DNA from: the human T2T-CHM13v2.0 reference genome, Homo sapiens
DNA: 64,000 bases
NCBI RefSeq assembly: GCF_009914755.1
Contig: NC_060925.1
Direction: 5' to 3' (one strand)
The position numbers and the translations under genes were made by a program. Positions within the stretch are counted from its first letter, which is position 1, and each line of letters begins with the position of its first letter. Positions 47,991-61,630 of this stretch are shown one piece after another. Below the pieces are notes generated by a model, which did no database searches, had not been told where the DNA came from, and was given only the letters and a program-made list of their open reading frames with translations.

Positions 47991-50900
47991 ATTGGAATTA
48001 TTTAATACCAGATATCATTTAATGAGTGGGGGAGTTTTATTGTTTCAGTATTTTTACACTTCAATAGTGCTTTAGAGAGACATGTCCTCTTGTGTTTGAC
48101 AAAACACTGATTTGCAGTTCTGGTATCCCTCCTGAGTAAGTCTTATTTTTGAGATAAACATCACATCAGCCCCGAGTGCAACTAAAAATGAGCTGGGCCA
48201 GGGCAGTGGGGACTGCAGTCTGTCAAGGCTCTGTATTTAACAATGCCTTTCTCCAGTGGCCTCTGCCCTGTGCCTCCCACACTGTCAGCTCTAAAGGATA
48301 TTTAGTCCTTGCAGCCTCAAATTCTTTAACCCTTCTTTGGCCTCTTAAGACAAGCCCTGGGTATCACTGAAACCTAAGGCATGTCCAGAAACAAGCACAA
48401 AAGAAGAATGTGACCACTGCTGCTTAACCTGGCCAGAGAAATTCACTAAGTCTTGCACCTGAAAAACCGAAACAAAACTTCCTAGCAAATCAGGTTCCCA
48501 CAATCAAAGGATGGAAAATCTCACTGGAGGTTGGAAAAATGATCAGAGCCTCTTCAAAACTTCAGGACATCAAAAGACCTCACTGTACTCTTATTAGAAA
48601 TCAAGCTGGAAGGAAACATCATAGTCCTTCAAGTGACACATGAACGAATGGAAAGCCGAAACCCACTTTCTGCAGCTTCAGAAATTCATATTTTTATTCA
48701 TTCAACCAACATTTATTGAGTGTCTTTTATATTTAAAACACTTTGTGGGACAGTGTGGGACACAAAGAAAAAGAAAGTTATTCTGTCTCCCAATGAAGTG
48801 ACACACAAATGGCTGAGTTTGGTGAAGAAATAACTGCAGTGAGTAGTGGGGTTTGCTGATAGCAGTGGAGGAGGTGGAAGCTCCTCTACAGATTAGCTTA
48901 TTGAACCCTCACAGCTTTATGAGCTCGGGTCTAGCATTACCATTATTTTATAGGTGAGGGAACTAAGACACAGGGAAGTTGAGAAATTTTCCCAAAGTCA
49001 ACAGTTGGTAAGTGATGGGATTTGAACCCAAGCAATCATTATTAAAGACAACTCTGCTGAATAAGTAGCTTTTACATAGGACCTGGAATGTTGGGTTGGC
49101 TGTCAAAAACTGCAGCTGGGACAGCTGGGAGTGCATTTCAGATGAAGGCTATTCTAACAGGAAAGGCAAGGACAGGTTACATTTGGATACGTGGGTGGTG
49201 GTCCAGTGTGGGCATGTGTAGAGTTCTTGAAATGGATCAGTGGAAAATAAGCTATAAAGGGTCACTTTTAGAAATATAGACTTCCCTCTTTAGGGATGAG
49301 GGGGTTACAGAAGATCATTACGTTGGAGTGACATGATCAGAACTGTATTTTAGAAAGAACACATGACTCCTGCACTCTAGCCACTTAGTACAATAAGTGG
49401 AAAAAAGAGAAAGTTTCCTGGCTTCTGAAACAACGAGTATAGTTACATTGCCTGCTGTCACAAAGGGATCCCCAAAGATGTGTAATAGCTCAAAAATGAC
49501 AGCTTTTGTCTTGTTCACATGGTCAAAAAAGTGGGAGGTTCTACTATGTCTCATCCAAACCATGGTTTAGGGACTTGGTCTCCTTCTGTTCTTTGGCTCT
49601 GTCACGTTCAATGTGTGGCTTCCAATGTTACTATGCCATGTGTATCAAGGTGTCAGAAAGGGAAAGAGAGTGGAGAAGACAGTTGCTTCTGAAGTTTTCC
49701 AATGACCTCTGCTCCTGTTCCATTAGGAGGCACAGGGCTCTCCCTAGAGGCATGGGGACTAGAAACGAAGTCCCTGACTGGGCAGCCACTTCCATCTGTG
49801 ACTCCATACTGTGGAAGGAAAGCATGAATTTTGGTGGAAAGTTAGTCATCACCATCATACCTGAGTGAGGAAAGAAAAACACATTTACCCTTCAGCAGTA
49901 ACTTTTCAAAGTAGTCTGACACCTCATTTTGAAGCCTGGTTGAGAAATGAGTTTTACGAGCAAATGAGGCTTAAAACAACATAAGCACAGTCCCATTTAG
50001 CACCAAATCTTATTTGTCTAAATTATTGTTGAAGGTTCCAAATTGATTTTATACTTTCCTACCTAAGTGAACAAAACTTAATTTAAGCTTTTCTTGATGA
50101 CTTAGGATCACCATTATGAATGTCATTTATGGGAATGCAGTGTGTTGTATACCAGCAGCTTTTGAGTGGTGTGGAAATGTTAGTTCCTGGGCTGAATGCC
50201 TCCTGAATTCTAGGCTGTTCCATTAAGTCTCTTCATTAACCTCTTGGGTCCCTTAGAATTTTTACAGTCACTGTGTATTCTCAATACCTCCCATTTCTAT
50301 GTTTCTCTGCTTTCTGATTTCTCCTGCCATTTTTATTATTTACTAACCCATTCATGTAGGTTTTCTTTTTTCTTCTTTAAGACTCCCCAATCCTCTTTTC
50401 TTTCCAGTCCTTTCACTGATTTTGTTTTGCATATTATGGTGGAAAGAGCAGGCACACATGTGGGAGTGGCTTTGGCCTCAGCACTGACACTAGCTGTGCT
50501 GCAGAAACTATGACCTTGAGCAATTTAACCCCTGAGCCCCTGTTTCCTCAATATAAACTAAGGTGGTAATATGGATCTCACAGGCTTACATTGGGGTTAA
50601 CTGAGATGCTAGTAATAGTATAAAAATTCATCTGTAAAAATTGATCGTCATTATGACTGTTATTTTGGCAGTTGGACCTGGTTTTTATTGTCGTCGTCAA
50701 TAGAAATAGAAAGAGTCCATAGGACTCCAGGGAGTTGGAATCCAGACATGAACAGAGGAATAGCTAGAATACTCGAGACATCTCTATGGAGTGGACAGCT
50801 GAAGCCATGAGTCAGGCTCCTGAAAGTCTCCAAGAGGTTATAGATCTACTAATGTGCTTAAGCAGAATCTCAAGAAAGGTCTAATATAAATGGATGAAGC

Positions 50901-51929
50901 CATAAGAGGAATATCAAGAAAAGAAGACTGGATAAAAATATTCCCTGTTTCTAAGAAAAGAAGAAGTTTTCTAAACCTTGAAACTCTTTTAAGCTATCAA
51001 TCCTATCTGCCACCATTCACTCCCAGCCTTCTTGAAGGAGCAGGGGGCCTCCATCTCTTCTTGCCAGGAATCTGCTTCTTGTATTTTACAATTCCTTGCC
51101 AAATCTGGGCAGAGTCAGCGGAGTGAAGGCAGTTGTGTCTGGGCAGTCTGCCTAAGAGTTTCCATTACATAAACAGTAGGTGCTTAATAACTTGCATTGT
51201 GCACATAAAAGGGAAAAAGAAGAAAATGTGATTTTTCACTGCTACAGAGTAAACCATTCTGTGGCCCCAGAGGATGCATCATGTTTAGCAAGATTAAAGC
51301 AGGTGGCAAAGTCCCTCCCCAGTGGGTACATCACAGCTAATGTCCATCAATGATTAGCAAATGAGTAGACGGTGCCTTTGTCAATAATCCTGTTTCTACC
51401 CTCATGCTTTATTTATTTAGCTAATGGCTGCCTAGCTGGTAGCTCATCAAGATGGTGTTTACTGAGCTTGGCAAAGTGAAAAATTATGATTTTGTTTACT
51501 CATGTGTTTCCAGCTGGGGTGCTGAGTTGTTATCCAGGCAGCTGATGACCGTTCTTCCACTCTCAGAGCCCCTAACACAGGCAGTTCAGTAAACAAACCA
51601 TCAGCTTGAGAACCAGAGCATCAACACTGCCACAATCTGGTTATTTGCTACTTTGCAGTCGTCAGTGTCCAGAACCTCAAATGATGACTCATTCTGGAAC
51701 CTCCCTTATACTTAGATAATAAAACAAATAGAAGTCAGGTTAAGTGTAATTGGTTTAGTTTGAGCTATTCAGTTGTTTATGAGAAAAATGAGTATTTGCT
51801 CCAAATTAAATATTTGATTTGGGATAGTTTTGTCTCTTGCTCTATACTCAAGCATGTAAAAATAGAATGGAAACCCAAACAGAAAACCTGGGAGAGACTA
51901 TCACTCTGGAATGGTTCTCACACATGCAC

Positions 51930-52910
51930 TAACTAATTTAGTTATTTGTACAGCAAATATATAGTGAGTACCTACTGTGTATTAGGTCCTGGGGATATTG
52001 TGGTGACTTAAACCCAACACAAACATGAACCTAGTTCTTCAGAACCTTGCAACTTTGTAGGAAAGAGAGACATTGAATCAGTGATTGTCAATATGATGAG
52101 AATTATAAAGGGAGAAACAGGGTGCTTCAGTAGTCTTGGAGTTTAGGGAAGGATCCTTGAGAAAGTGATGCTTTGAATGGGAGATGAAGGAGTTCCAAAA
52201 ATCATAGACAGCGAAAGGCAGAGAGGGTAAGCTTAAATATTATTATTATCTCAGTTAAGTCACAAAATAACTCTGCGAGGTCAGTATTATTGCTCCGGTT
52301 TACAATTGAGGAGACTTGGGTTCCAGGGGAAGCACGTGCAAAGACCTGAGACCAGACTTTATGAATAGTGCCACTTGGAGCTACAAGGTCGAGCAAAGGC
52401 AGTGTGGCTGGAGTAGAGAGGAACCATGAGAGGCATGAGATACAGAGGGACTTGCCAAGGAGTTCCTAATTAAAAGTGCATTTTAGAAAGCCACTCTGGC
52501 TGGTATGGAGAATGGATTGAGGTGGATGTAGGAGGACTGGCTTAGAGGCATGGCAGTGACTGGGTGAAAAAGATAGTGAGTTGAACCAGGGGTGGAGTCA
52601 GGGGAAGCAACCTGCAGGAAGATAGAAATGATTAACGTCAACAGACATACAGGAGGTTGGGTCAGCAGGGTCAGTGAGTGGCTGGATATGAGGGGAGAGG
52701 CACTGACAGGTTATTCTACATGGCTCTCTTTATATCTGTAACAATTGAGCCATAATAATACTAATAGCTGCTCCTTACTGAGTGTCTACCATAGTCATTC
52801 TATAGATGAGAAAACTGAGACTGAGAGTAGGGAAGTACCTACCAATAGATGACTGAACTGAGATCTGAGCCCCAGCCTGACTCCCAAGCCAGTGCTCTCT
52901 CCACTCTAAC
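51930..52910 (-). mobile_element. L2 and MIR cluster
   Basis: L2 3' end (cagcaaatat...gagtacctactgtgt), L2 body (aaggcagtgtggctggagt), MIR cores at ~52250-52350 and ~52760-52910. Confidence 0.65.
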
Positions 52911-54234
52911 ACTGTATTTATGATTCTGGTCAATTCAATATTTTTCTCATTTGGTTGACTGAAACCTCAGATTTTTCCCCCAATGTAATTCAGCTATATA
53001 TACGACTCCAAGTTCTCATAATTCTTTTGCATTTGACCATTAATTCTCAGTTATCTTCCAGATTTCGAGCCATGCTATGTTTATCTTCAGGCCATTTCAA
53101 ACAGCAGAGGCCAGAGAAGCCAGTTTTGTGGAATCGGGCTTGTCGGGCCACATTAAATATCACCTCACTCTAATGAAAATGCAGGTTTTTGTTTGTTCTA
53201 ATGAGCGCAGGGGGCCTTTATGTCCAATCTCTTCCTAGAGGAAGTAATTGCATACGAGTGACCTTTGAAGGAAATCACATCAGGGAGTTATTTGAAGGCA
53301 CTGAGGTGAGCCAGTGCGTAACATCAACCAATGTACTAGCATTTCAGAAAAGAAACAAATAGGCCTGTCCCACTGACAACTCATCCATGCCCCCTTTGGA
53401 CAGAGAAAAATCATCTACTGCTTGCTGAGAAAGTGAGGCACTGAGGCACAGAGATTTCTTTAACTATTTCTTGAACACCTACTGTATGCCATGCACTGTG
53501 CAGAATCGCTGCCTCATGGCACTCCTGTTTTAGTGGCAGGGAACAGACAATACAGAAATTTTTAAAAAGTTTAAATCATTAAAGATTTTGATAATTACCA
53601 TGAAGGAAACAAATTGGATCATGAGAGGTGGTGAACTGTACCTCAACTTCCTCATCTAGTTAAAAAGGAGAGAATGGTGGAACTTGCCTCTTGGGGCTGT
53701 CTTCAGGACTAGGTTAGATAACGTATGTATTGGGCTCGGAAGAGGTCCTGGCACATTAGTTGAACACTTAGTCGTGTTATGTGGGGTAACATCGTTGTTA
53801 TAGAATAAGTGGGGGAGGCAGTCAGGAAGGGCCTCCTGGAGGAGGTGACATTTAAGCTGAGACCTGAGCGATGAGGAGCCAAGCTTATGAACAACTGGGA
53901 AAGCAAAGGCTGGAGACCAGAGAAGGAATGCTTACTGTTTCCCAGGAACAGAAAGGAGAGGGAAATCAGCCAGGCCGGAGAATAGAGAGTAGGGTGGGGA
54001 GTGAAATGAGTGAGGGCCATGAGGCAGACAAGATTCCAACCAGGTAATTAACTCAGTTTTACTCTATAAGCAGGGGAAGGGAGTGGTGTGAGCTATGCTT
54101 TGAAACCCCACTCTGGCAGCTGCGCAGAGAATGACCTGAAAGGTGAAAGCTGCAAGACAAAGGAGGAGAACTGCAAAGTCGAGGCACTGGTGGGAGGGTG
54201 TTAGGCAGAGGGTAGCGACCTTGTTGGTGGCAAA

Positions 54235-54698
54235 GTATTAGTTTCTTAGGGCTACCAGAATAAATTATCACAAATCGGCTGTGTAAAAACCACAGAAATT
54301 TACTCTCTCACAGTTCTGGAGGTTAAAAGTATGAAATCAAGGTGTTGGCACAGCGCTTGTTCCCCCTGCAAGCTCTAGGGAATGATACTTCCTTGCATCT
54401 TCCAGCTTCTGGTGGTTGCCAGCGAATCCTCCGTGTTCCTCACCTACTAGATGCATCACCCCAATCTCTGCCTCTGTCATCACGTGGTGCTCTCCCTGTG
54501 TATCTCTGTGTTTTGTGTCTCTTCTTATAACTTCACCGGTGACTGGATTGAGAGCCTACCCTCATCCAGTATGACCTCACCCTGACTTACATCTCAATTA
54601 CATCTGCAAAACCTCTGTTTCTAGATAAGATCATATTCACAGGTACCAGAGAGTAGGGCTTCAACATAGCTTTTGAGGGAAGCAGAAAACCCACAACA
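54235..54698 (-). mobile_element. MLT1C-like solo LTR
   Basis: gtattagtttcttagggct...cagaaatttactctctcacagttctggagg...aacccacaaca. Confidence 0.85.
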
Positions 54699-55201
54699 GC
54701 AAGGTGAGTCCTGACTGTCCCACCTCTAAGGGGATGTCCTGGCTTGAAAGTAGCCCCCCATGGCCCAGCTTCTGGGGTAAGCAAAACCGCCAGCCATGCA
54801 CAAAGGCATTCAGCATCTTTCCTGTAATTGGGGGTTGAAATGCTGTATAGCGATTCCCAGTTGCTTATTCCAAATAAGCAGGCAGGTGGTGCAGAGGAAG
54901 GCAGCCTGCAGAGTGAGGGCAGCATGTCAAACAAGGGATGTTCCTTCTTATTTGTCTGTTTCCTTAAAACCACTTACACTTCTAGGTTGCAACTTAAGTG
55001 TACTATTATTTAAGGATTCCTTTTCGGTGAGTACCCAGTGACTTTGAACAGTCTATGGATACAGGTGGATTTTCTTGGATTTTTAGAAGTGAGGAGACTT
55101 GGGGTTCATCCCAGATGCTACCTTTCGTGTATGGTTTTGAACAAATCCCATAGCCCCCTGAGGTTCCACTTCTTCTGTAAAATGAGGATGCTGGCCCAGC
55201 C

Positions 55202-55388
55202 CAGTGGTTCTTAACCTTGAGGATGAATCAGAAGCACTGGAGGGCTTGGGAAAACACAGATTGCTGGGCCCCATCATGGAGCATCTGATTCAGAAGGTCT
55301 AGGGCAGTGCCTGAATATTCACATTTCTGGCAAGTTCCTAGACTTTGTTGTTGCTGCTGGCCTGGGAACCACACTGTGAGAATTGCTG
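55202..55388 (-). mobile_element. MER5A hAT-Charlie MITE, inserted in a MIR3-like element
   Basis: cagtggttcttaaccttg...cacagattgctgggcccca...ctgattcag...accacactgtgagaattgctg. Confidence 0.85.
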
Positions 55389-55463
55389 GCCTAGATCATC
55401 TCTGAGATTTCTGCAACAATATTATTCCATAAGTCTATGAAGCTCATTTTAATGTAAATGACT

Positions 55464-55683
55464 AGATGAAGTGAATTTTCTAACCTTAGCTAGCAAAATT
55501 TGGATCCCATATAAAAATATGTCCCAGCTACTGCTCACTCTGTTTTTCACTTTGGGTTTACCTCTCTAGACTTAAGGGTGTTGTACAGAGAATAGAAAGA
55601 GAGAGGGGCCATTTAAACAACACCCTTAAGTATAGAGAGGTACCCAAATTTTGCTAGCTAAGACTAGAAAATTCACTTCATCT
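55464..55683. repeat. Nested inverted repeat (quasi-palindrome)
   Basis: Outer arms 55464-55503 and 55644-55683 match at 38/40; inner arms 55559-55584 and 55617-55642 match at 25/26. Confidence 0.93.
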
Positions 55684-55829
55684 CCTGTGGCTAGTGGGGC
55701 CTCCACATACAAGGCTCCCAGAGAAGTCAGCTGAATGTTGGCTTGGAGCCCAATAGAATCACTTAGCTTTGGTGGCACTTATTTAGGGTGGAGGGTGGGG
55801 CATAGTAGATGCAATTGAAAGCCTGAGAA

Positions 55830-56640
55830 TAATGGCATAAATAAGCCCATGAAAAGATGTTCATCATTAGTCACTTGGAAAATGCAAATCAAAAGCACAG
55901 TGAGGTACTTCTTTTCACCCATTAGAATAATCAAAAGAGACAGTACTAAGTGATGACAAGGATGTAGAGAAATTGGAACTAGTGGGTGGGAATATAAAAT
56001 GGTGTAGCCACTTTGGAAAGTAGTTTAGCAGTTTTTCAAAATGTTAAACAAAATTGTCATATGACCCAGTAATTCCCCTGCTAGACTTCCATTCAAGAAA
56101 AAAAATGAAAACATATGTCCACATAAAAATTTGTATGTGAATGTTTATAATACCATTATTCACAATAACCAAAAAATGGAGACAAATCCAATGTACATCG
56201 AATGATGACTGAATAAACAAAATGTGGTATGGACAAAAATAATCAAAGTACTGACACATGCTAGATACATATGTGTATATGTACAAGATGACGCTGAATT
56301 TTGATGAACCTCAAAATTACTATGCTAAATGAAAGAAACAAGACACAAAAGACTATATATTTTATTGTTCCATTTATGCGAAATGTCCAGAAAAGGCCAA
56401 TCTTTAGAGATAAAAAGTAGATTAGTGGTTGCCTAGGGCTGGACATGGAAGGGACAGTGACTATAAATGGACATGAGATTTCTTTTCAGGATGATGGAAA
56501 TGTTCTAAAATTAGGTCATGCTGATGGTTGCCCAACTCTCTAAATATACAAAAAAATTATTTTTAATTCATGTTTTAAATTGAGGGATTTTATGGTTTGC
56601 AAATTAATCTCAATAAAGCTGTTAAAAATAATTTTACAAA
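55830..56640 (+). mobile_element. L1MB-like 3' end
   Basis: catgaaaagatgttcatcattagtc...aagtagattagtggttgcctagggct...ctcaataaagctgttaaaaa. Confidence 0.85.
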
Positions 56641-56899
56641 TAGAATGGAATTAAATAAAAAAACTAATGGGATTTCCTGCACCTCCCTCTGAAGGTCATT
56701 TAGTGCTGAAGGTGGTTATGACATATGCAGATTCCAAATACTGGGCTTTAGAAAATATTATCCTAGTTACCCAGTCAGAAAAGATCAGGAACTGCTTACT
56801 GGAAGAATGGGGACACTTAAAACACAATAAACACATCTATTTCACACTCCTTATGTGCCAGACACTGTGGTTAAGTGCTTTACATGGCTTATCATTCAC

Positions 56900-58150
56900 T
56901 TATTCTTTGCAAAGTATATTTGTTGAACACCTTCTATGTGCTGGGCACTGTCCTTGGTGCTGAAGATACTGTGTGAATAACACAAAGTCCCTCCTTTCGG
57001 GGAGCTTAAACGTGTAGATGTACAAATATTATCTTAAGATTATTTTAGGTAGTGATACATGAATTTAAACAAAAACCTGGATGATGAGAGGTAGTTACAG
57101 TAGGTGGGAAAGGGAACAGTTTAGATTGAGTGGTCAAGGAAAGCCTCCCTGGGGAGGCGGTCTGAGGTAACACGTGGAAAAGTCATCATGCAGACATGAG
57201 GAGAAGAGTGGCTTGGGTGGGAGGAATTGCTAACATAAAGTATATCAGACAGCAAGCAGTAGAGAAATGACAGTGTAAGCAAGGGAGAGTTCTGTACAGG
57301 ATGATGCTGAAAGGATACACAAGGATAGAAGCTGCAGATCTTGAGAGCCATGACACAGAGCTCAGTTTAAAGTTTGGCTTTTCATGGAATAGTATACAGC
57401 CATGAAAAATGAAATCATGTCCTTTGCAACAACAATATGGATACAGCTGGAGGCCATTATCCAAAGTGAATTAGTGCAAGAACAGAAAACCAGATGCCAC
57501 ATGTTCTTACTTATAAGTGGGAACTAAGCATTGGGTGTTCATGGACATACAGATGGCAAAATAGACACTGGAGACTACTAGAGTGGGGAAGGAGTGATGG
57601 GGCAAGAGTTGAAAAAACTATTGAGTACTATCCTCACTACATTTGTGATGGGATCATTCATGCCTCAAAACTCAGTATCACACATTATACCCATGTAACA
57701 AATCTGCATGTGTACCCCTGCATCTAAAATAAAAGTTAAAATTATAAAAGTAAATATAAAAATAAATATAAAATAAAGTTTGGCTTCTTATTCCAAAAGC
57801 AATAAGAAGCAAATAGTAAGATCTAAGCAGGTGAGTGACATAATTTGATTTACATATTAAAGGGGACCCTAGGATCTACATAGGAACAGAAATATAAAAG
57901 ATAGAATAAAAGAAGTGAACTTAAGAGCTAAGAGTGCTGCAGGAACTACAAGACAATGGGGGCTTAGATGAAGATGGTGGCAGCAGGGATGGTGAGAAGT
58001 GGTAGGATCTGGGGCATATGTAGTAGGATAGACCCAACAGGATTGTCTGAGTTGTAAAGGGCAGAGAAAAAGAGGTATCAAGAAAGATCCTTGAATTTGG
58101 GCTTGAGCACCTGGGTAGAAGGTGCACCATTACTTGAGATGGCAAAGCTT
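56900..58150 (-). mobile_element. L2 interrupted by an L1PA16-like fragment
   Basis: gaacaccttctatgtgctgggcactgtcc...; resumes after 57786 (ttattccaaaagcaataagaagc...agaagtggtaggatctgg). Confidence 0.75.
57381..57773 (+). mobile_element. 5'-truncated L1PA15/16-like 3' end with TSD
   Basis: TSD taaagtttggctt at 57368-57380 and 57774-57786; 3' end cccatgtaacaaatctgcatgtgtacccctgcatctaaaataaaagtt. Confidence 0.85.
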
Positions 58151-61100
58151 CCCTTTGAGTTTGGCTTTACTATCTTCGTGTCATAGATGAAAAATGGGGC
58201 TCAGAAAAGCTAAGCAACTTTGCTTCAAATTACCTTTCTAATGAGTAGAAGAAGCAGAGTCAAAGTCAGTGACTCAAAAAACTATCTTCTAAACTGCTCA
58301 GTACTGCCTTCTGCCCACGGATTTCTTGCATCCTTGGCCAGCCAGTAGATGGAAATCAGATGAGGTGGCATTCACTGGGTGGAGACAGAAAGACTTCTTG
58401 GCAGTGAAGGCTGGTGGGTGGGCTTGTCATAGAACAAAAAAGAAAGGAACAGCTTGGAAGAGTAACACTTTTCTAGTGAATCACATTAAATAATCAGCAT
58501 GGCTTATACCCAGTGTCAGCCTGAACTGAGATTGACAGCTAATAAAAAGCACAGTAATTACAGGAAAACATCAGATTGGAAAGTACAGAGATTCTTGAAA
58601 CACCTGAAGCCATTTAATATGTCTTATGTTTGCTCCAGACTAACAGGCAGCTCCCAGAGCAAGACCGGTCTCATTACTGAGCTAATGGACATTATGCTCT
58701 GAGGTACTTTTCCCTCTGCCAAATATATCAGAATTTTAAAAACGGAAGCCTGATATTGCCATGCTGCAAATGTTTACAAGGACATCGCTGAGTGTTTTAG
58801 GTGTCAAGTTTAATTTCAGTTGGCCTGGCCTATTCTCTTAAGGAAGGCTCCAGAGCAGTCAGCCAGGTCACAGGGAGAATTCCTTCTGCTCTTGCTCTTC
58901 AGGCTGTGACAGAAATCAGACCTTGATTCCCTGAGCACGCTTCCCAAGAAGGGATTGCTCCTGTCACCACAGCCCAAAGGAGTTAGTTGTGATGAAAGTT
59001 GTCATGCTTCGCTATTCCATTATTTTAGGTATGTTTGGGGGTTTTGTTGGTGATGGTGCTGGTTTTTGTTGTTGTTGCTGGGGGTGGGCAGGGGTGATGG
59101 AAGGAGAAACTCATTCACACATTCTAAAATATTCATGAGTCCTCCTCTAAATTGCAGATAGTATCTTAGATTCTGGGATGATGGCAAATACTTAAAATTA
59201 CCAAAGCACAAAAGAGACAGCAAAAATAAAATGGTAAGATCTGAGTGTGCATTCACATGTGTGTGTGTATCTGCACACTCCCTCTAGAGACCCCACCCAC
59301 CTGCCTCCCACTGGCTCCTGTACAGCATGCTGGCTTCTGGGGGCCTGGGCTGTAGCTCTGAGCATCAGCAGCCTGGAGAACAGTCACTCTTCCATGTGCT
59401 GTGCATTTTCCTGGGCATTTTTCACCTCACAACAGCTCTAATGACCTTGGCATCAAGCTCTTACTGGGGATTAATAACTGGCTGGGCTTAATGGTCCTTA
59501 CTGTGTCCCGGGCCATTTTCCCAGCCAGCCATTAATTCCAGGCAGTGCCCTGGACTCTGGTCATTATGGTTCCCTGGGCTGAGAGGCTGCCCAGTGGCAA
59601 ATGGCCACAGCCTCCTCTGCAGACAGAGGTTTCCACAGCCTACCACCCTTTCTCTTTGTGGCATCTTTAGCAAGGCCTGGGGTTTACAGCCAAATAATTG
59701 GTTATGGCATCACATTATGTCTACTTTGTATGTGGCAGCAGGTAGGTTTCTCAGAGGATAGATAAGGCAGGGGGTTGGGTTTCATTCACTCATTTATTCA
59801 TCCATCTATTCAGTATTAATTAAATGATTTTTCTTATGAGTCAGGATGGAAGAGAGACTACTAATCTAGGAGTGAACTAAGATAGATGCCTATGTTTCCT
59901 AAGAAGGAACAGAGTGTCTCACCAAATGAGGCTTTACGGAAAATGTTCCAAAGAATCGGGGAGGCTGAACACTATGAGGAAAAAGTCAGAGAGAAGGCCT
60001 TGCTCAGCGGAGAGCCCGCTGGAGCCACCTCCCCTCTTGTGTCTTCGGCAGTACATCATCTCCCAGGCCGACGGGCAGAGATTCAAGTTCACCTCCCTGT
60101 GTTCCACTTAGTGATTCATCAACCCAGCATCTGAATGCTTAAGGGAAGAACATGTAAATATTGCATCAGGAATCTTGACTCACCAAGGCATGAATATTTC
60201 CACCCATATCATTAAGACACTAAAGGTTATAATGGTACTGAGAGTGTGGGAGCATGCTTCTCTCAGAGGACTGTACCAAATCATGAGGAACAGGGTCGCA
60301 CAATTTGTACAATTTTTTGCCATTCTGCCTCCTAAGATATCATCAGTCCCCCTGAATACAAGAAACAGACTTCATTTTGTCCTTTGGAAGTGGGTCAGCC
60401 TTTAGTACATGCTCTTCTCAGCTGCTGGAATTGTAACATTATGTTTAGAACAGCTATTGTCATTTTATTGGCACGCCTTACCAAAAGCACCTAAGGCATA
60501 CTTCAGACTTCGATCTTTTTTGCATTGTTTGATGCATCTGCACAACTCAAAGAACGAGTGTTAGTGTCTGACATAATCAATACCAGAGCTCAGATTTCTC
60601 AGGTAGCAGAAATCAAGAGGGTGGCTTTTGGGGACTGGGTCAACCTGGCATGTTCTAGTGGTGCCCACTAATCACAGAGGGTCAGTATGGCAAGGTCAGG
60701 AAACTTGGCCTTCTCGGAAAGAGTGTTCAGCTGGCCTGCTCTGGGCAAAGAGAAAAGAGAGAGCGCCAGGTCCTTGGAAGGCCCCTAAGGCGATGTGTTT
60801 CACCTGCCAACCAGTCTCTGTTCTGAGAATCAAAGCAGAATAATTAATTAAGGGGAAAGAGATGCTACTGGGACCTTTCTTCAGAATGTTTTCCCTAGTA
60901 ATAATGACTACAGTAAAATTACAGATCCAACCGGAAAATTCAGGATAATTCTAGGTGAGCGTGATGAGAAAAAGCAGCTTCCCATGGCCTTAGGGTCCAC
61001 TGGGATGAACTTACAAAGTAACCTTATTAAGCAAATGTGCTGAGTTACACAGAACCTCAGGGGTGTATTAAGTCCTCAGTGAAGGTCTTTAGAATGAATG

Positions 61101-61554
61101 AACAAATCAATGTTGTCTGGCCACAAGTATTTAGTGTCAAAGTCAGTCCTGCCATGCTCCACCATCAACCCTCTGTCAACTCTTTGCAGTCAGCTGTGGT
61201 CTCTACTTCCTCAATCCGACCACGATCACACTCTTGTCACTTCTGTTCAGCTGAGACTATTTTGGCCGAAGTCATCAAATCCAAAGCACATTTCCCAAGT
61301 CTTGTTTTACTTGTCCTATGACACTGTTGACTACTTGCTCCTTTTTAAAATTGTCTCTTCTGCTGGTTTCCATTACATAATCCTTTCCTGGTTGTTCTCT
61401 CACCTCTCTGGCTCTTCTGGATAGGCTTAAATGTTCCCTCATCTTTGGTCCCATGGTCCCTTGTGCCTAATTGCATTATAGCACTTACAGCACAGTTCTG
61501 TCATGGTTTGTCTGGGGGCACCCTCAATGTGGACTGTATGCTCTTTTATTGTGT

Positions 61555-61630
61555 TATTAAGGTTGGCGCAAAAGTAATTGTGGTTTTGGCCATTACTTTT
61601 AATGGCAATTAGTTTTGCGCTAACATAATA
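61555..61630. mobile_element. MADE1 MITE (internal deletion in the right arm) inserted in an L2 3' end
   Basis: ta-ttaaggttggcgcaaaagtaattgtggttttggccattacttttaatggcaattagttttgcgctaacataa-ta. Confidence 0.9.
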
